DNA of 33,367 bases from Hyphochytrium catenoides (lineage: Eukaryota > Protista > Hyphochytriomycota), in contig FLMG01003897.1 in the NCBI GenBank assembly GCA_900088475.1, positions 1-33,367 of the forward strand. Direction: 5' to 3'. Of this stretch, positions 22,701 to 33,367 are shown piece after piece; the stretch's first letter is position 1, and each line of letters starts with the position of its first letter. The notes under the pieces were generated by a model that made no database searches, was not told the origin of the DNA, and saw nothing but the letters and a program-made list of their open reading frames with translations. Made by a program: the position numbers and the translations under genes.

Positions 22701-22974
22701 GGTGGAAGCGGGCTTCGAACTATTTGCAGGAGGTCATCTCCTCACTGTCTTCTCGGCGACCAACTACTGTGCGAAGTTCAGCAACGACGGAGCAATCCTC
22801 CTGGTTACTGATGATTTAGAGGTCGTGCCAAAGATAATTAAAGCCAAGCCAGTTCAGGTAGTGCAAGACTGCTGGCAGCCACCGCTCCTGCCTCCTACCC
22901 CTCCCCGGCCACGGGCTCTGGGTTATGAAGCTCCCCAAGGTGCAAGGTTAAGGCTTAGCTTTCAAGAGGCGTGA
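19789..22974 (+). CDS. PPP-family Ser/Thr phosphatase with N-terminal EF-hands and a BSU1/PPKL-type catalytic domain
   Basis: EF loops DRHQRGQLDATDF (degenerate) and DTNQDGKIDFGEF (canonical, ~21024-21062). Catalytic motifs GDIHGQ, GDYVDRG, LRGNHE, HGGIG, DLLWSDP (exon ~22429-22507), RAHE, FSATNYC, and C-terminal W..PPTPPRPR. First exon(s) are uncertain: ATG 19789 gives MDPYLEAARQLDHKALRKIR. Confidence 0.92.
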
Positions 22975-23324
22975 CCGGGATAGAACAGGTTCAGGGCTTT
23001 TGAATATGACATATTGGTGGCGAAGTTTGAGAAGTCCAACTGGTACCTCTCTCTGCAAACTGATACGCTGAGTGCCTCATAGGATGCGTAACAACGCATT
23101 CTCTCCGCCAATGTGGCTCCTAAGGTGATGTTACGGATTTCACTCATTTCCAGGGCTGACCCGGCAAACGGGAAAATCGGAAGGCATCCATGGTCAAATC
23201 TGTCCAACTAGTAACAAAACATAATGCAAAATTATAGCTTTTACTTATAAGAACTGGGGTAAAAGCTGCTGGCCGTGCTCACATCTGCAGTCAGATGCCG
23301 GTTTGGGTGCAATAGATTTGGAGA

Positions 23325-25990
23325 CTAGAAATCGCCCATTGTGTCTAGTGCTGCCCAAAAGAGGACCTGACCCCTGTGCATGATCGAGTTCTTCCAGAAG
23401 CACGCGTCCAAGTAAAAGGCATCCAATAGACCCTTGGAGACCTCCTCACGTTTGTCAGGTTGGTGGTGGGCAGCAGCATTCTCTCTAACCAGATTATAGA
23501 GTACGACTGGGCCCATTTTGGTGCCTGCTCATGGAGTTAGAGCGTATCGCATAGAGAAAGTACAAAGTATATAGGCAGGTAGACAAATGAGAGGAGGAAA
23601 GATTTGACAGCCAGTTAGGGAAGACGGGGTGGGGAGGGTCAAAGAAAGAGAGAGGATGCAGTAAGAGAGGAGGCAGAGCGAAACAAGAGTGAAGGCCAAA
23701 GGAATTTAAAGCAGTGCCCACCAAATTCTTGAGTTAGCCCGTACAGATGCACAGCGCTGGGAAAGAGAGATCGCATCCCATCCATCATAGAGCCAACGCT
23801 ATCGACATAAGCACCGGACAACGTAGAACTATGGCTACTTGCGAGTGTCTGGACAATTGCGTATCCATAGGCGATAAGGCATCAGGTAAACATAAAAGCG
23901 AGCACTGGTGGAGTTCACTCTGACACATAGCTGCATTCAATTGAGCCTGGAAACTATAGCTATTGAAGAAGAGGTAGAGAGTGCATGGTTCAGACCTCAA
24001 ATTGCGCCTCAGAAGTATTGGTGCCTGTGAGAATCTGGCGCCAGTAGTCCAGATGGTTGTCCTCAATGATTAGTGTATCTACCCCTGCAGGTCCCAGCCC
24101 TGTGTGGACGTCAATCATTATCACCTACGCAAAGACGAAGAGAGAGGACCAGCAGTAGGATTTGTGTTAGGCTGATAAATGCTAGTTGCTGAAGTGGTAG
24201 CCCCAATTATCCTTTACTTTCTTCATCTTCGATAAGTCCAGACGAGTTGTCAAGAAGTCTTGCAGGATACGAAGAGAGGGCTGTAGCTGTGTTCCCCCAT
24301 AAAACAATCCCTCTGGATATTTGTACTGCCCTTCAATCACAGCTTTCTTGATGCCGCTCAATCCATACTTCAGGAGCTTCATCACTGAGGTGGAAGAGTG
24401 CAGGCACGATCGCGACGTTGCATGGGTTACAAAAAGCACAGAGCAAGAGTTCTAAGAGCCGGCGGGACGGTCGAGGGGTACATAGAGGCTGCTCGCAGGA
24501 CATTGTGATGGCGATAGATCTCATACAATGTCGATGTTGAGGGAGATTGAGAGAGACTCACGTGATTTGACCATATAGCGAGCACTGGTAGCGGATGGTA
24601 TAAAGCTAGGGTTAACCAACTCAGAGAGCTCTTCCTAGTGGCCAAGTAGGACCGATTTGACATGTGACCGCCAGAAGGTAGACAGGGCATAAGTCAAAGG
24701 AGGTGGAATGGTTAGGAGAAGGACCACTTTTGGTGCCGACGCTTGGAAGAAACAAACATACTTACATAGACTGAAGTGTTCCGCCCCTTTACTTTCTCAA
24801 AGGTCTCAGGCTCAAGAAAATTCCTGCACGTCGGAATTTTAGCAAGTCAGGACTACCTTCCGTGGAAACAATGAAGACAGCTCCGGTACATTTCTAGGGT
24901 ACTTATGGCACGGAACAAGCTGAGGCACATGGGAAGGGAGAGACTTGCTACTATAGAAGAGCAGCTGATGTCAAAAAAGTCAATAGTAGCTCTACGTGCC
25001 GCTCTTCTCCCCAATACCTGTTGAGATCAACGTTGTTCTCGTTGGTCCTTCGGTAATACTTCATGCCATAGGGGTTTACGGCATGAACGAGTATGACTGT
25101 GGGCTGCCCTTTCGTCTTTTTCTTTTCCTTTCTATCTCTATAGTCCGCTAATACGGCGGTCTGGACGGCACTCCCAGCGTAGCCTTCCACGCCGTGTGTC
25201 CCGCTGAGATGTATCAAGGCCTCATCCTTTTTCCCCTTGATCACCGCAAAGTCAATGAACAGGTCAGACCCGTCCGAGAGCGGAATCGATGTGATCTCCG
25301 CAGCTGCCGAAGTGGCAAGAGTCAGAGTCTGCGTAATGAATAGAAACTATATCATGATAGGATGGTGAAGATTTGTTCACAAGTTAGCAAGAGACGACTT
25401 CAAGGATGAGGTAATTAAGATCCGGAGCGAGAGACGCGCCAGATGGCTACGAAGTAGCAGCCACAGAGCAAGAAGACCTAGCTTACAGGCAGATGCTGCG
25501 GCGTACAAGAAGTTCTCTCTTGCTTTGTTATAGTCCGAGACAAAGTATCTTTGTGCCTGGGGTAAAGAGTGACAAATTGCAGGAATTGGTAGTAAGCATT
25601 ATCTTGTCTGGGTGATCACACCAGCTATGCCATTGCTCTTGCCACGAAATCCAATGATGGGGTGTGTCTCTCTGCAGGCGATACGTAGACTCTCTTGCTA
25701 CAAATGCCAGTTTCAACATCATTGCCACCTCTGCCAGATGCCGTGCCCTACAACTTTAGTTAACCTTCTCAACTGCTTACCTTCTCGGAGCATTCCTGAT
25801 CGTTGTTCCCATACTTCACGGCGTATGAGATGCCAAAGCTGAAAAGACTCAAAAGAAGTAGAGTGCGAACTGGCACCTTTGAACTCTCAGGGTTCCTCTC
25901 TTTGGAAGGGGATGAAGCTGAAGACCTTCTTACTTCTGTCCTCACCTCCGTCTTAGTGACGACTCTCGTCGTCTTCCTTCGCTCCACCAT
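23325..25990 (-). CDS. DUF2817 / M14-like zinc carboxypeptidase with N-terminal type II membrane anchor, ~9 exons
   Basis: Basic N-terminus and hydrophobic LLLLSLFSFGISYAV, then YFVSDYNKARENF, LSGTHGVEGYAGSAVQ (HxxE), VHAVNPYGMKYYRRTNENNVDLNRNF, GQYKYPEGLFYGG, IDVHTGLG (third Zn ligand) and TQEFGT (catalytic Glu). All junctions close with GT-AG. Confidence 0.9.
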
Positions 25991-26630
25991 GTTAGAGATC
26001 TTATGTCTAGTCGTGTGTCCTTACACCTGACTCTTAGGGCAACTACTATCACCGCGCCTTGCTGAATAAGTAAAAGCTCCTTCAAAGATCTTCGCCAGTC
26101 GGCGGCATGTTCGTCATCATAACGGGTCAAAATCTGGGGATTGCGCTGCAGTGGTGCTAAGATCTCTGGATCTTCCTTGTTACTGTACAAGTTTGCACTT
26201 TTCAGAACTTCAGAAGGCCTTTTCCTTTCTCATCCTCAAAGAAGATCTTGATGAGGGACAAAAGCCAGGTAACGTACTGTTGAAGTACAGCGTACAAACA
26301 TCATCGCTAGTGTCCTGGAGGAGGGCTGGACTATCCTGGGGAAGCTCTGAAGAGGCGACCAAGGATGGGGATTCTGATTGATGAGCTCTGATCTTCACCG
26401 TCACGGCTCTCATCTCTCATCTTTCAGAGGTGAGGCTCTCATCAGTCGCCGTCTGCTTCACTCGTTGATATAATAAGATCCTTCAGCCAGCAGACGAGCA
26501 CCAACAGTGCCACTGCATCACTCATTAGTGACTCCAAGTGAGCTTTGCTTCCATAGGAAGCCCTAGCGTCATCGCAGGTTCCGTGACTCTAAGCTAGAGG
26601 GACTGCCACCGAAGAGAGGCATCTTTCAGC

Positions 26631-29600
26631 ATGGAGACACGCAACGCTACTACCGGGATTGTCTCTCTCGATCAGACGAAGTCCCCTAATGATAAGAGAA
26701 AATACAGGCTTTTCGAACTTCCGAATGGTATTAAGGTATGTTAGAACTATACAAGCTCGCGGCAGCTTCTAATAGTTGTGCAGGCGCTCGTGATACAAGA
26801 TGTCAATATGCCTGAGCCGCAAGGCGAGTTCCAACGCCAACGAGATCGGAAACACTCCGTAAGCTTGTAACTTTGCCTAGTCCCATAATTTCCTAGATCC
26901 TGATGTGTGCGTTAGACGGAAATAATGGACGAAGTGGAAGAAGATGATCTGGACGAAGAGGATGAAGGCGAGGATGATGATGCTGACGAGGAGGGATACG
27001 AGGAGGAAGACGAGGAAGAAGGCAGCGAGGACGAGCTGGAAGGCCACAAGCCGCAAAGTAAAGCAAACGGAGGGGTAAAGAAGGCTGCTGCGGCACTCTC
27101 CGTCGGTGTCGGGAGCTTTGCAGACCCAGACGACGCACCAGGGCTGGCCCATTTTTTGGAGCACATGCTCTTTATGGGTGCGATATATGTCTCAAAGTTC
27201 ACGTGACTTCTATCTTGCTCGCTCCTCAGAAAAGGTCTCCCCGTCTGTCTTTCTCTCATCACAAAATTGTATACTACCCGCTCCCTCTTCATAGCTAAGT
27301 CCTTTGGTTCTAACAGCTCGGTGACACCGAGAGTCCTTGTCGACGCTACTTGCCGCGTTTAACGCGTATCGTTTGAACTTCTCCAGGTAGCGAGAAATAT
27401 CCAGACGAGAATGAATATGAAGCCTATCTGACCAGCCATGGAGGCTTCAGCAACGCGAGCACAGAGTGCGAGTGGACCTGCTACTACTTTGATGTCAGAC
27501 CCGAGTATTTAAAAGAGGCTTTGGATATGTTTGCACAATTCTTCATCGCGCCGCTAATCAAGCCTGAAGCGCTAGAAAGAGAGATGCGGTCCGTTGACTC
27601 GGAGTTCCACCGCTCTATGCAGAGTGACCACTGCAGACTACAGGTTGGCAGTCTCTCACAGCCCTAATGGGCTTTCACTACCTTATTTTAGCCTCACACT
27701 CTGACATTGTCTACTTGACAGTTGTCTAGATCTTGGCTACCCTGAGAGCTCTTGATGTCTAGCCATAACAGACTCTACGTGGTGAATTGACACTCACTTC
27801 TCTCTCTTATGGTGCCACCTAGGAAGTGCTTAAACACACATCAAAGAAGTCCCATCCTTACCGTAAGTTTGGCTGGGGTAACATGCACAGTCTCTTGGAG
27901 ATACCGAAAATGAAAGGGAAAGACATCCACAAGCTGGTCTGGCAGTTCTATCGAAAGTATTATAGCAGCAACATCATGAAGCTCGTCGTGATTGGCCAGG
28001 ATGACTTGGATACCCTGGAAGCTTGGGTTCGCGAAAGTTTTAGCCCCGTTCCGAACACGAAAAGAACAGTCGAGTCGTACGAACTCTGTGGGCTGCCCTT
28101 CGATACCTCTGCCCTGCGTCGTCTTTACAAAGTCATCCCAGTCAAAGACGTTGATGCTCTGGTACGCTCCTCCTTGCCGCGTGGCTGGCCCAGAGCTTTT
28201 GAAGTCTTACTACACTCTACCCTCCGCTTACGCTTCCCTTCGTAGCTGGGTTCTCCTTTTATCCTTCCACATACTCACGGCATCGTTCATGTAACCCCCA
28301 TGTCGATCTCTAATCCTAATCTCAAATCGGCTCCAAGGTGCTTTCTTGGCAAATGCCCCCTTTGCTTCGATATTACCGGCAGAAACCAGCAGACTATGTT
28401 GCGCATCTTATTGGGCACGAAGGTCCAGGAAGCATCTTATCTGAGGTAACTCAATAGCCTTGTGTACTTTTTGTGCTGTCATGATTCTTCTTCTCTCTGT
28501 GAACTTTTGTTAGTGAGTTCTCATGCAGCTATCTAAATATGAGTATAAGTCCCGAAGATAATGCTGGGGGGTTGTGAGGTCGTGGTTTGGGCTTACTTGC
28601 AATGACTTTCCTCTCTTTCCCCCTCCAGTTAAAAGCGCAGGGCTGGGCGACAGCCATTCATGCGGGAGTAAGCTTTGAAGGCTACGAGTTTAATAGCGCC
28701 TGCAGTCTCTTTAAGGTTGAGGTTACACTTACCAGGAAGGGTGTCAGGCAATGGGAAGAAGTTGTCAAGCTTGTGTTTCAATTCATCAGAATGATAAATG
28801 AAGCTTCCATGAACAGCAGTGAAGGTCGGAATCTTTTATCTGTTGCTTTTGAGCAGTCCTATCAGTGTAGTGCACGATCTCTATTCTGCCCTCTTTGCCT
28901 CTTCTGTCTCTGACGGTGCCTTCTCTCATGCAGAGGGAGGACCCCCGTCTTGGGTGTTCGAAGAGTTAAAAGCAATAGAAGACATGCGATTCAGATTCAA
29001 GGAGGATGAGGAGCCTTCTACCTATGCAGAAAAGCTGGCCATCCAAATGCAGGTAGGTGACCTCGGCCAATTTGCATTGCGATAGCTGAACTCTCTGCCG
29101 CCATTATCTTGCTCCTCACCGGCCGTGCAATTATAGGATGTCTACGTCGTTGAGGACTGTGACTTGCTGCGCTACGACAGCTATCAAGGCTCCTTTGAAC
29201 CGCACCTGGTGGCCTCAATTCTCGCTAACCTCACGCCGGACCACATGCGGATGGAGCTGCTCTCCAAGAGCCTAGATGTGGAACAAGAGGCAGAGGTATA
29301 AAGTAGTTCTTGTTAGAACTGGTCTTTTTCTTGTCCTTTCAAATAACTGCTTGGCTTGGACTCCCGTGGGGCCAAGTGAGGCTGGAGCCTAACCACCCGT
29401 CCGCGGCGCGGAAACTCTTAGGCCTTTGTTTCTAACTTAGCCGTCTTGCACCGTCTTTTCACGGCTGTCGCTCACGTTCTGCACTTCCGGGCAACAGTGG
29501 CAGGTCGAGTCATGGTTTGGGACAAAATATGCAGCTGTCCCTCTGTCGGAATCCACTCTAGTAAAGTGGTCCCAAGCTCCTCCCCATCCTGCTCTAGCTT

Positions 29601-32247
29601 TCCCGAAGCCGAATGAGTTCATTCCAAGGGATTTCACCCTTCGCTGTGACCGAGACAAGAATCACGAGAAGGACAATGGAGGAATATTCCAAGGGCCTAA
29701 ACTGGTGGCAGAGGGTAGAACCTTCAAGCTCTGGTATAAGCTTGATACTACCTTCAAGACGCCGAGGTATTGTCCTTACCAGAAGCTCATCCTTGATGTT
29801 CCTCTGACTTGCCTCCCGAGTGTCTACTTACCTTTGGCACCTAGTCCGCGTTGTTGAAGCTTCTACAACGTAGCCCTACTAACCCAAACCACCATTGTAC
29901 CCTTGCACTTCTGTCTCTCAATCACCGCATGTAGACTATACGCCAACTTTGCAATCGTGACGCCGCTATCATCGTCTTCCGCGAAGAGCCGTGTTCTGAT
30001 GGAACTTTTCTGCAAGTACGTGGAGGACTCATTGAATGAGTTCGCATATTTGGCGGAAGTGGCTGAGTTAGAGTACTCCCTGCGAGTCACAGAAAGAGGT
30101 TTGCTGCTAAGATTTGGGGGCTTCAACGACAAACTGCCCGTGCTAGCCAAAGCAGTACTCTCTTCTCTATCGTCTCTGTCTGCATCTCCTTCTTCATCGA
30201 TGCAGTTAGAGGAATCTCGCTTCCAGTACGTCAGAGAGGAGCTTCAGCGGGAGTACGAAAACGCACTTTTGAAGCCAATCAAGCACTCGGCCTATTGTCG
30301 GCTGCACATTCTAAGGCAATCTGCAATTGAGTTGCGTGATAAGATGAGCGCACTTGCTATTATTGACTTTGTCGCTTTCTCAAAGTTTCTCAGGTAAGTT
30401 ATGACTAGGTTACTGGATCAGCAATGAGACGGGATAAGAGGGAGCAAGATGATGATCTTTTATAACCTTACTTCCCAGAAGGCCTCTTGAGATTAGAGAT
30501 GGGCAGAAGTGAGTCTTACACATGACCTAACCGATCTGGCTCCCACTTCTTGTCACTGTATTGCTAGCGGTGGGGCATTTGACAAGGTACTAGTTGAGGG
30601 GCTAGTCCATGGAAATGCCTCCGACTCTGAGAGTCTAGTCTTGATGCAGCTGGTGGACTCATTTCTCAACCTAAAGACCTCAAACTTTAGTCTCGAGGAC
30701 TATCCTCAGGTGAGCTGTAGCTTCTCATGTGTTCTCATCGTGAACATCATTGCTGCCTTTCAATTAGATGTCCTATACCTATGCACATAACTTGTTGGTC
30801 TCATCAACCGCTTCACCCACGACCAGGACCGGTGTATCAAATTGCCGCCGAGATCAAATTTCGTTAAGATGGAGCCTAGTCAGAATCCAGATGAGACCAA
30901 TAGCGTGGCTGAGATCTACTTGCAGATAGGAAGAGGCAACGAAAACTCGAGCCCATCAATAGCGAGACATCAGCGGACAGCTCCTGGGGAAGAAACGGAT
31001 GATGAGTTGCAGGAAAGAGTTTATGCCGAGCTTTTGGAGGCGATCATGGCTGAGCCTTTCTATGACACTCTGAGAACCAAGGAGCAGCTTGGATATTTCG
31101 TAGACTGTGGCATGAGAGTCACATGCGGGGTAGTTGGCTACTGTCTGCGCGTACAGGTGGGCCCTGTATCCCTCGCCTACTCTCCAAAGAGTAGTTGATT
31201 CTTTGTAAACCTCTGAATACGCCGCTCTTCGGAAAATTCCAGGCATTGGTAGTGGCGGCTTTTGTCTCTCATTCGTATAGCGTACTCTCTATCTCCCAAT
31301 GAAAAGTATACTGACCTAGCCACTTTACAATTTTCCATGACCTGCAGAGCGCCGATTATACCGCTGAGACATTGGACCAGCGGATAGAATCCTTTATAAG
31401 AGACTTTCGAGCAGTACTGCAGGTAGCCCTCCTCCTTTCTGATAGGAGAACAAGTTTATAGAATATAGTAGGAAGAGGGAGGACAAAGCCGCCGGCCACT
31501 TCTCGCTTTGTCAACGTCTAATGCTTCGCCTTATCTGCCTCTAACTGAAGGGCCTGACAGAAGAGAAGTTCAAGGACCATGTGGTTGCTCTTATAGAGAA
31601 CAAACTGGAGAGAGACAATTCGCTGTCTGAGGAGTTTGACAGACTCTGGTGAGGCAAAGAAGATCCGTCAATAACGGTGTATCAGGGAAGAGAATAGCTA
31701 GATATTGGCTAGTTCATAGGTATAGGATCCGGACGTTTCATAGAAATAGCCTCGAACACAAGGACAAGCGCCGTGTTTCGCCAAGTATCTGTATGGTGTG
31801 GGCTAGGAGTTGCACGGCATAGGTAACTGACACTGTCTTGAATCAGGCATGAGATTGCTGTGCGGAGGTATTCTTTTGATGTCAAGAGCAGGGAAGCAGC
31901 AGTACTGAGAACCGCAACAAAGGGAGAGCTAGTAAATCGATATGATCGGTAAGATATTGCGCTTTGGATGGTCCCCACTTCCTCTCGCTTCTTTGCTTTT
32001 CCCCGACTACCATTGACTGGATCATCTCTCATATCGTGTCATGTATGTCCAATCTTTGGCTAGGTGGATCCTTTCCCCAGACCGTAGGAGGCTTGCCATT
32101 CACATTCAGGGACAAGCTCAGAAGCCTAAATCTATGGACTTGGAGCAAGAAAGAGGGATGGGTCGAGACGAGACCACGGCAACTCTCGTTACTGAGCCAA
32201 TCGAGGACTTCCGAAGTAAATTTTCTCTGTACCCTCAGCTGATTTAG
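26631..32247 (+). CDS. NRDC: Nardilysin-like M16A (insulinase family) metalloendopeptidase, >15 exons
   Basis: [19 protein letters not shown]; D/E-rich insert; [32 protein letters not shown]|[10 protein letters not shown] (inverted HxxEH); [12 protein letters not shown]; PKPNEFIP; [13 protein letters not shown]; [13 protein letters not shown]; TAG at 32245-32247. Confidence 0.93.
26928..27040 (+). repeat. Coding low-complexity GAR/GAY run = nardilysin acidic (Asp/Glu) stretch
   Basis: Translates to [38 protein letters not shown] upstream of the HFLEH motif. An acidic insert here distinguishes nardilysin from insulysin. Confidence 0.85.
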
Positions 32248-32394
32248 GGCAGGAAGGCTCATATCCAGTTTTGAGCCATTGGCATCGTGACGTCACATAA
32301 CGAAAAATCAATGCGGAATCGTGTGCCTTAATTACCCATCTCTTAATTTCTGTACCAGCAGAGGTTCAACCTGGTAGATCTCTCTTTCAAAGAC

Positions 32395-33367
32395 TCAAGG
32401 CAACCACTGCGGTGGGATTCCCTCTCTCTTGGCGGCCTCTATGTAGCTTCCGGTAATATCTACACCTTGCTCTCTACTGGCCCTACCCAAGTGCATGAAG
32501 AAGATTGCACCGAGTAGCTTTTCACTGAACTCGTAGAGCTCTTTCGCTAAAGTAGCGTTCCTAGCCACTGCAGATGGGTTGAAACGCTGAGCGATGGGGA
32601 TAAAGTACTGTCCCCTGATGTTCTTTTCCTCTATCTCAGGCGACGTAGCGAGATAGAGGGAGGTCAAAGCTCCCTCAAGCGGTGTGTAAGTTAGGTAATA
32701 GATGACCTTCTTCACGGCCTCTCTCCCAGCCTTTCCGATAAACTTTTCCACCTGATCCAGAATAGGACCTGGCAGCTCTGTGTTCACGGCACCAGGATGG
32801 GCAATGTTAACGTAAACGTTCTTGTCCTCAAGACGCCGTGCGAGCTCCACTCCGTGAAGTATATTAGCTAACTTTGACCTGTGGATAGAATAGAGGAGTC
32901 CAAAGAAAAGGGAATCCCGGCAATAAGTAAAAATAAACGGGATGTAGAGCATAAGAAGGCCAATCTGGCCCTCGCGATAGGATAGGAAACAAGGCGTCAA
33001 ACAATCACACCGTACTGACCTCCCATATGACTTCATTGGGTCATAGACTGTCTCATTATTGATGCCTTCCAGCCAGAGACCCTGAGGATAGATATTGCGG
33101 TGTGCCGTAGAACTGAGAATGACGATACGAGACGGAGCACTTTTCTCAATGATGGGGCGCAGGCCGTGGGTCAGGTAAAAGTGTCCCAAATGGTTGACTG
33201 CGAAGTGCGTCTCGACTGCATCTTCGGTCTTCGTGAAGGGAACACCCATTACACCGGCATTGTTGACCAGAATGTGCAGCGGAAGTCCTCTCTCCTTGAA
33301 CTTGTCCACGTAAGTCGTAACGCTGGAGAAGGAAGATAGGTCCAGTTCCGATGTCTCCACCTCCTTC
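32395..33367 (-). CDS. Short-chain dehydrogenase/reductase, retinol dehydrogenase/WWOX-like (5' end outside window; intron 33019-32879)
   Basis: LDLSSFSSV, LHILVNNAGVM, HFAVNHLGHF, RIVILSS, YGR|SK (YxxSK restored after splicing), HPGAVNT, GALTSLYLATSPE. Confidence 0.93.
   Translation of the reverse strand, partial: KEVETSELDLSSFSSVTTYVDKFKERGLPLHILVNNAGVMGVPFTKTEDAVETHFAVNHLGHFYLTHGLRPIIEKSAPSRIVILSSTAHRNIYPQGLWLEGINNETVYDPMKSYGRSVRCDCLTPCFLSYREGQIGLLMLYIPFIFTYCRDSLFFGLLYSIHRSKLANILHGVELARRLEDKNVYVNIAHPGAVNTELPGPILDQVEKFIGKAGREAVKKVIYYLTYTPLEGALTSLYLATSPEIEEKNIRGQYFIPIAQRFNPSAVARNATLAKELYEFSEKLLGAIFFMHLGRASREQGVDITGSYIEAAKREGIPPQWLP

Noticed and set aside
25528-25728. Trp/His-rich ORF (RDTPHHWISWQEQWHSWCDH) as an extra exon
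   Set aside because: It has no suitable GT donor. A single ~220-nt intron joins ECSEK to AQRYFVSDY in frame.
26823-26828. GCGAGT as a possible GC-AG donor in nardilysin
   Set aside because: Phase-1 joins to the nearby acceptors hit stops, while the downstream GTAAGC donor joins in frame with a canonical intron.
26877-27292. Minus-strand poly-Ser and hydrophobic ORFs
   Set aside because: Antisense shadows of the nardilysin acidic stretch.
13890-32247. Apparent 'proteolysis cluster' (USP5, M14-like peptidase, nardilysin)
   Set aside because: Unrelated folds, different predicted compartments, and an unrelated phosphatase in between. Chance neighbourhood is sufficient unless synteny is shown.
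1-33367. tRNA, rRNA, snoRNA, U12-type introns, recoded stops
   Set aside because: None recognised by eye, and the confident gene models close with GT-AG and the standard code. An Infernal/tRNAscan run would be needed to exclude small intronic RNAs.

Overview
Compact, intron-rich eukaryotic nuclear DNA (roughly 50% GC by eye, standard code, GT-AG introns mostly ~45-340 nt with pyrimidine-rich acceptors). It is probably from a protist, and a stramenopile/SAR affinity is only an inference. I spliced the genes by hand, because most of the supplied six-frame ORFs are exon fragments or antisense shadows. About 10 protein genes are supported, almost strictly alternating in strand: (1) 3' part of a disordered protein with a possible DUF4614/C19orf44-like end (+); (2) a 119-aa barrier-to-autointegration-factor (BAF)-like gene absent from the ORF track (-); (3) an intronless 833-aa helical protein with a PEX8-like C-terminus (+); (4) ATP6AP2/renin-receptor-like V-ATPase accessory protein (-); (5) a CEP164-like WW + coiled-coil + p25alpha/EF-like protein (+); (6) USP5/UBP14 deubiquitinase whose ZnF-UBP has lost 3 of 4 zinc ligands (-); (7) an EF-hand PPP phosphatase with a BSU1/PPKL-type catalytic domain but no Kelch repeats (+); (8) a membrane-anchored DUF2817/M14-like carboxypeptidase (-); (9) nardilysin-like M16A peptidase (+); (10) 3' part of a retinol-dehydrogenase-like SDR (-). 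A possible orphan spliced gene lies at ~8.4-9.65 kb. I found no RNA genes, transposons or CRISPR arrays, and no convincing multi-gene novel system. The interest lies in individual genes. Family comparisons are from memory, not from database searches.
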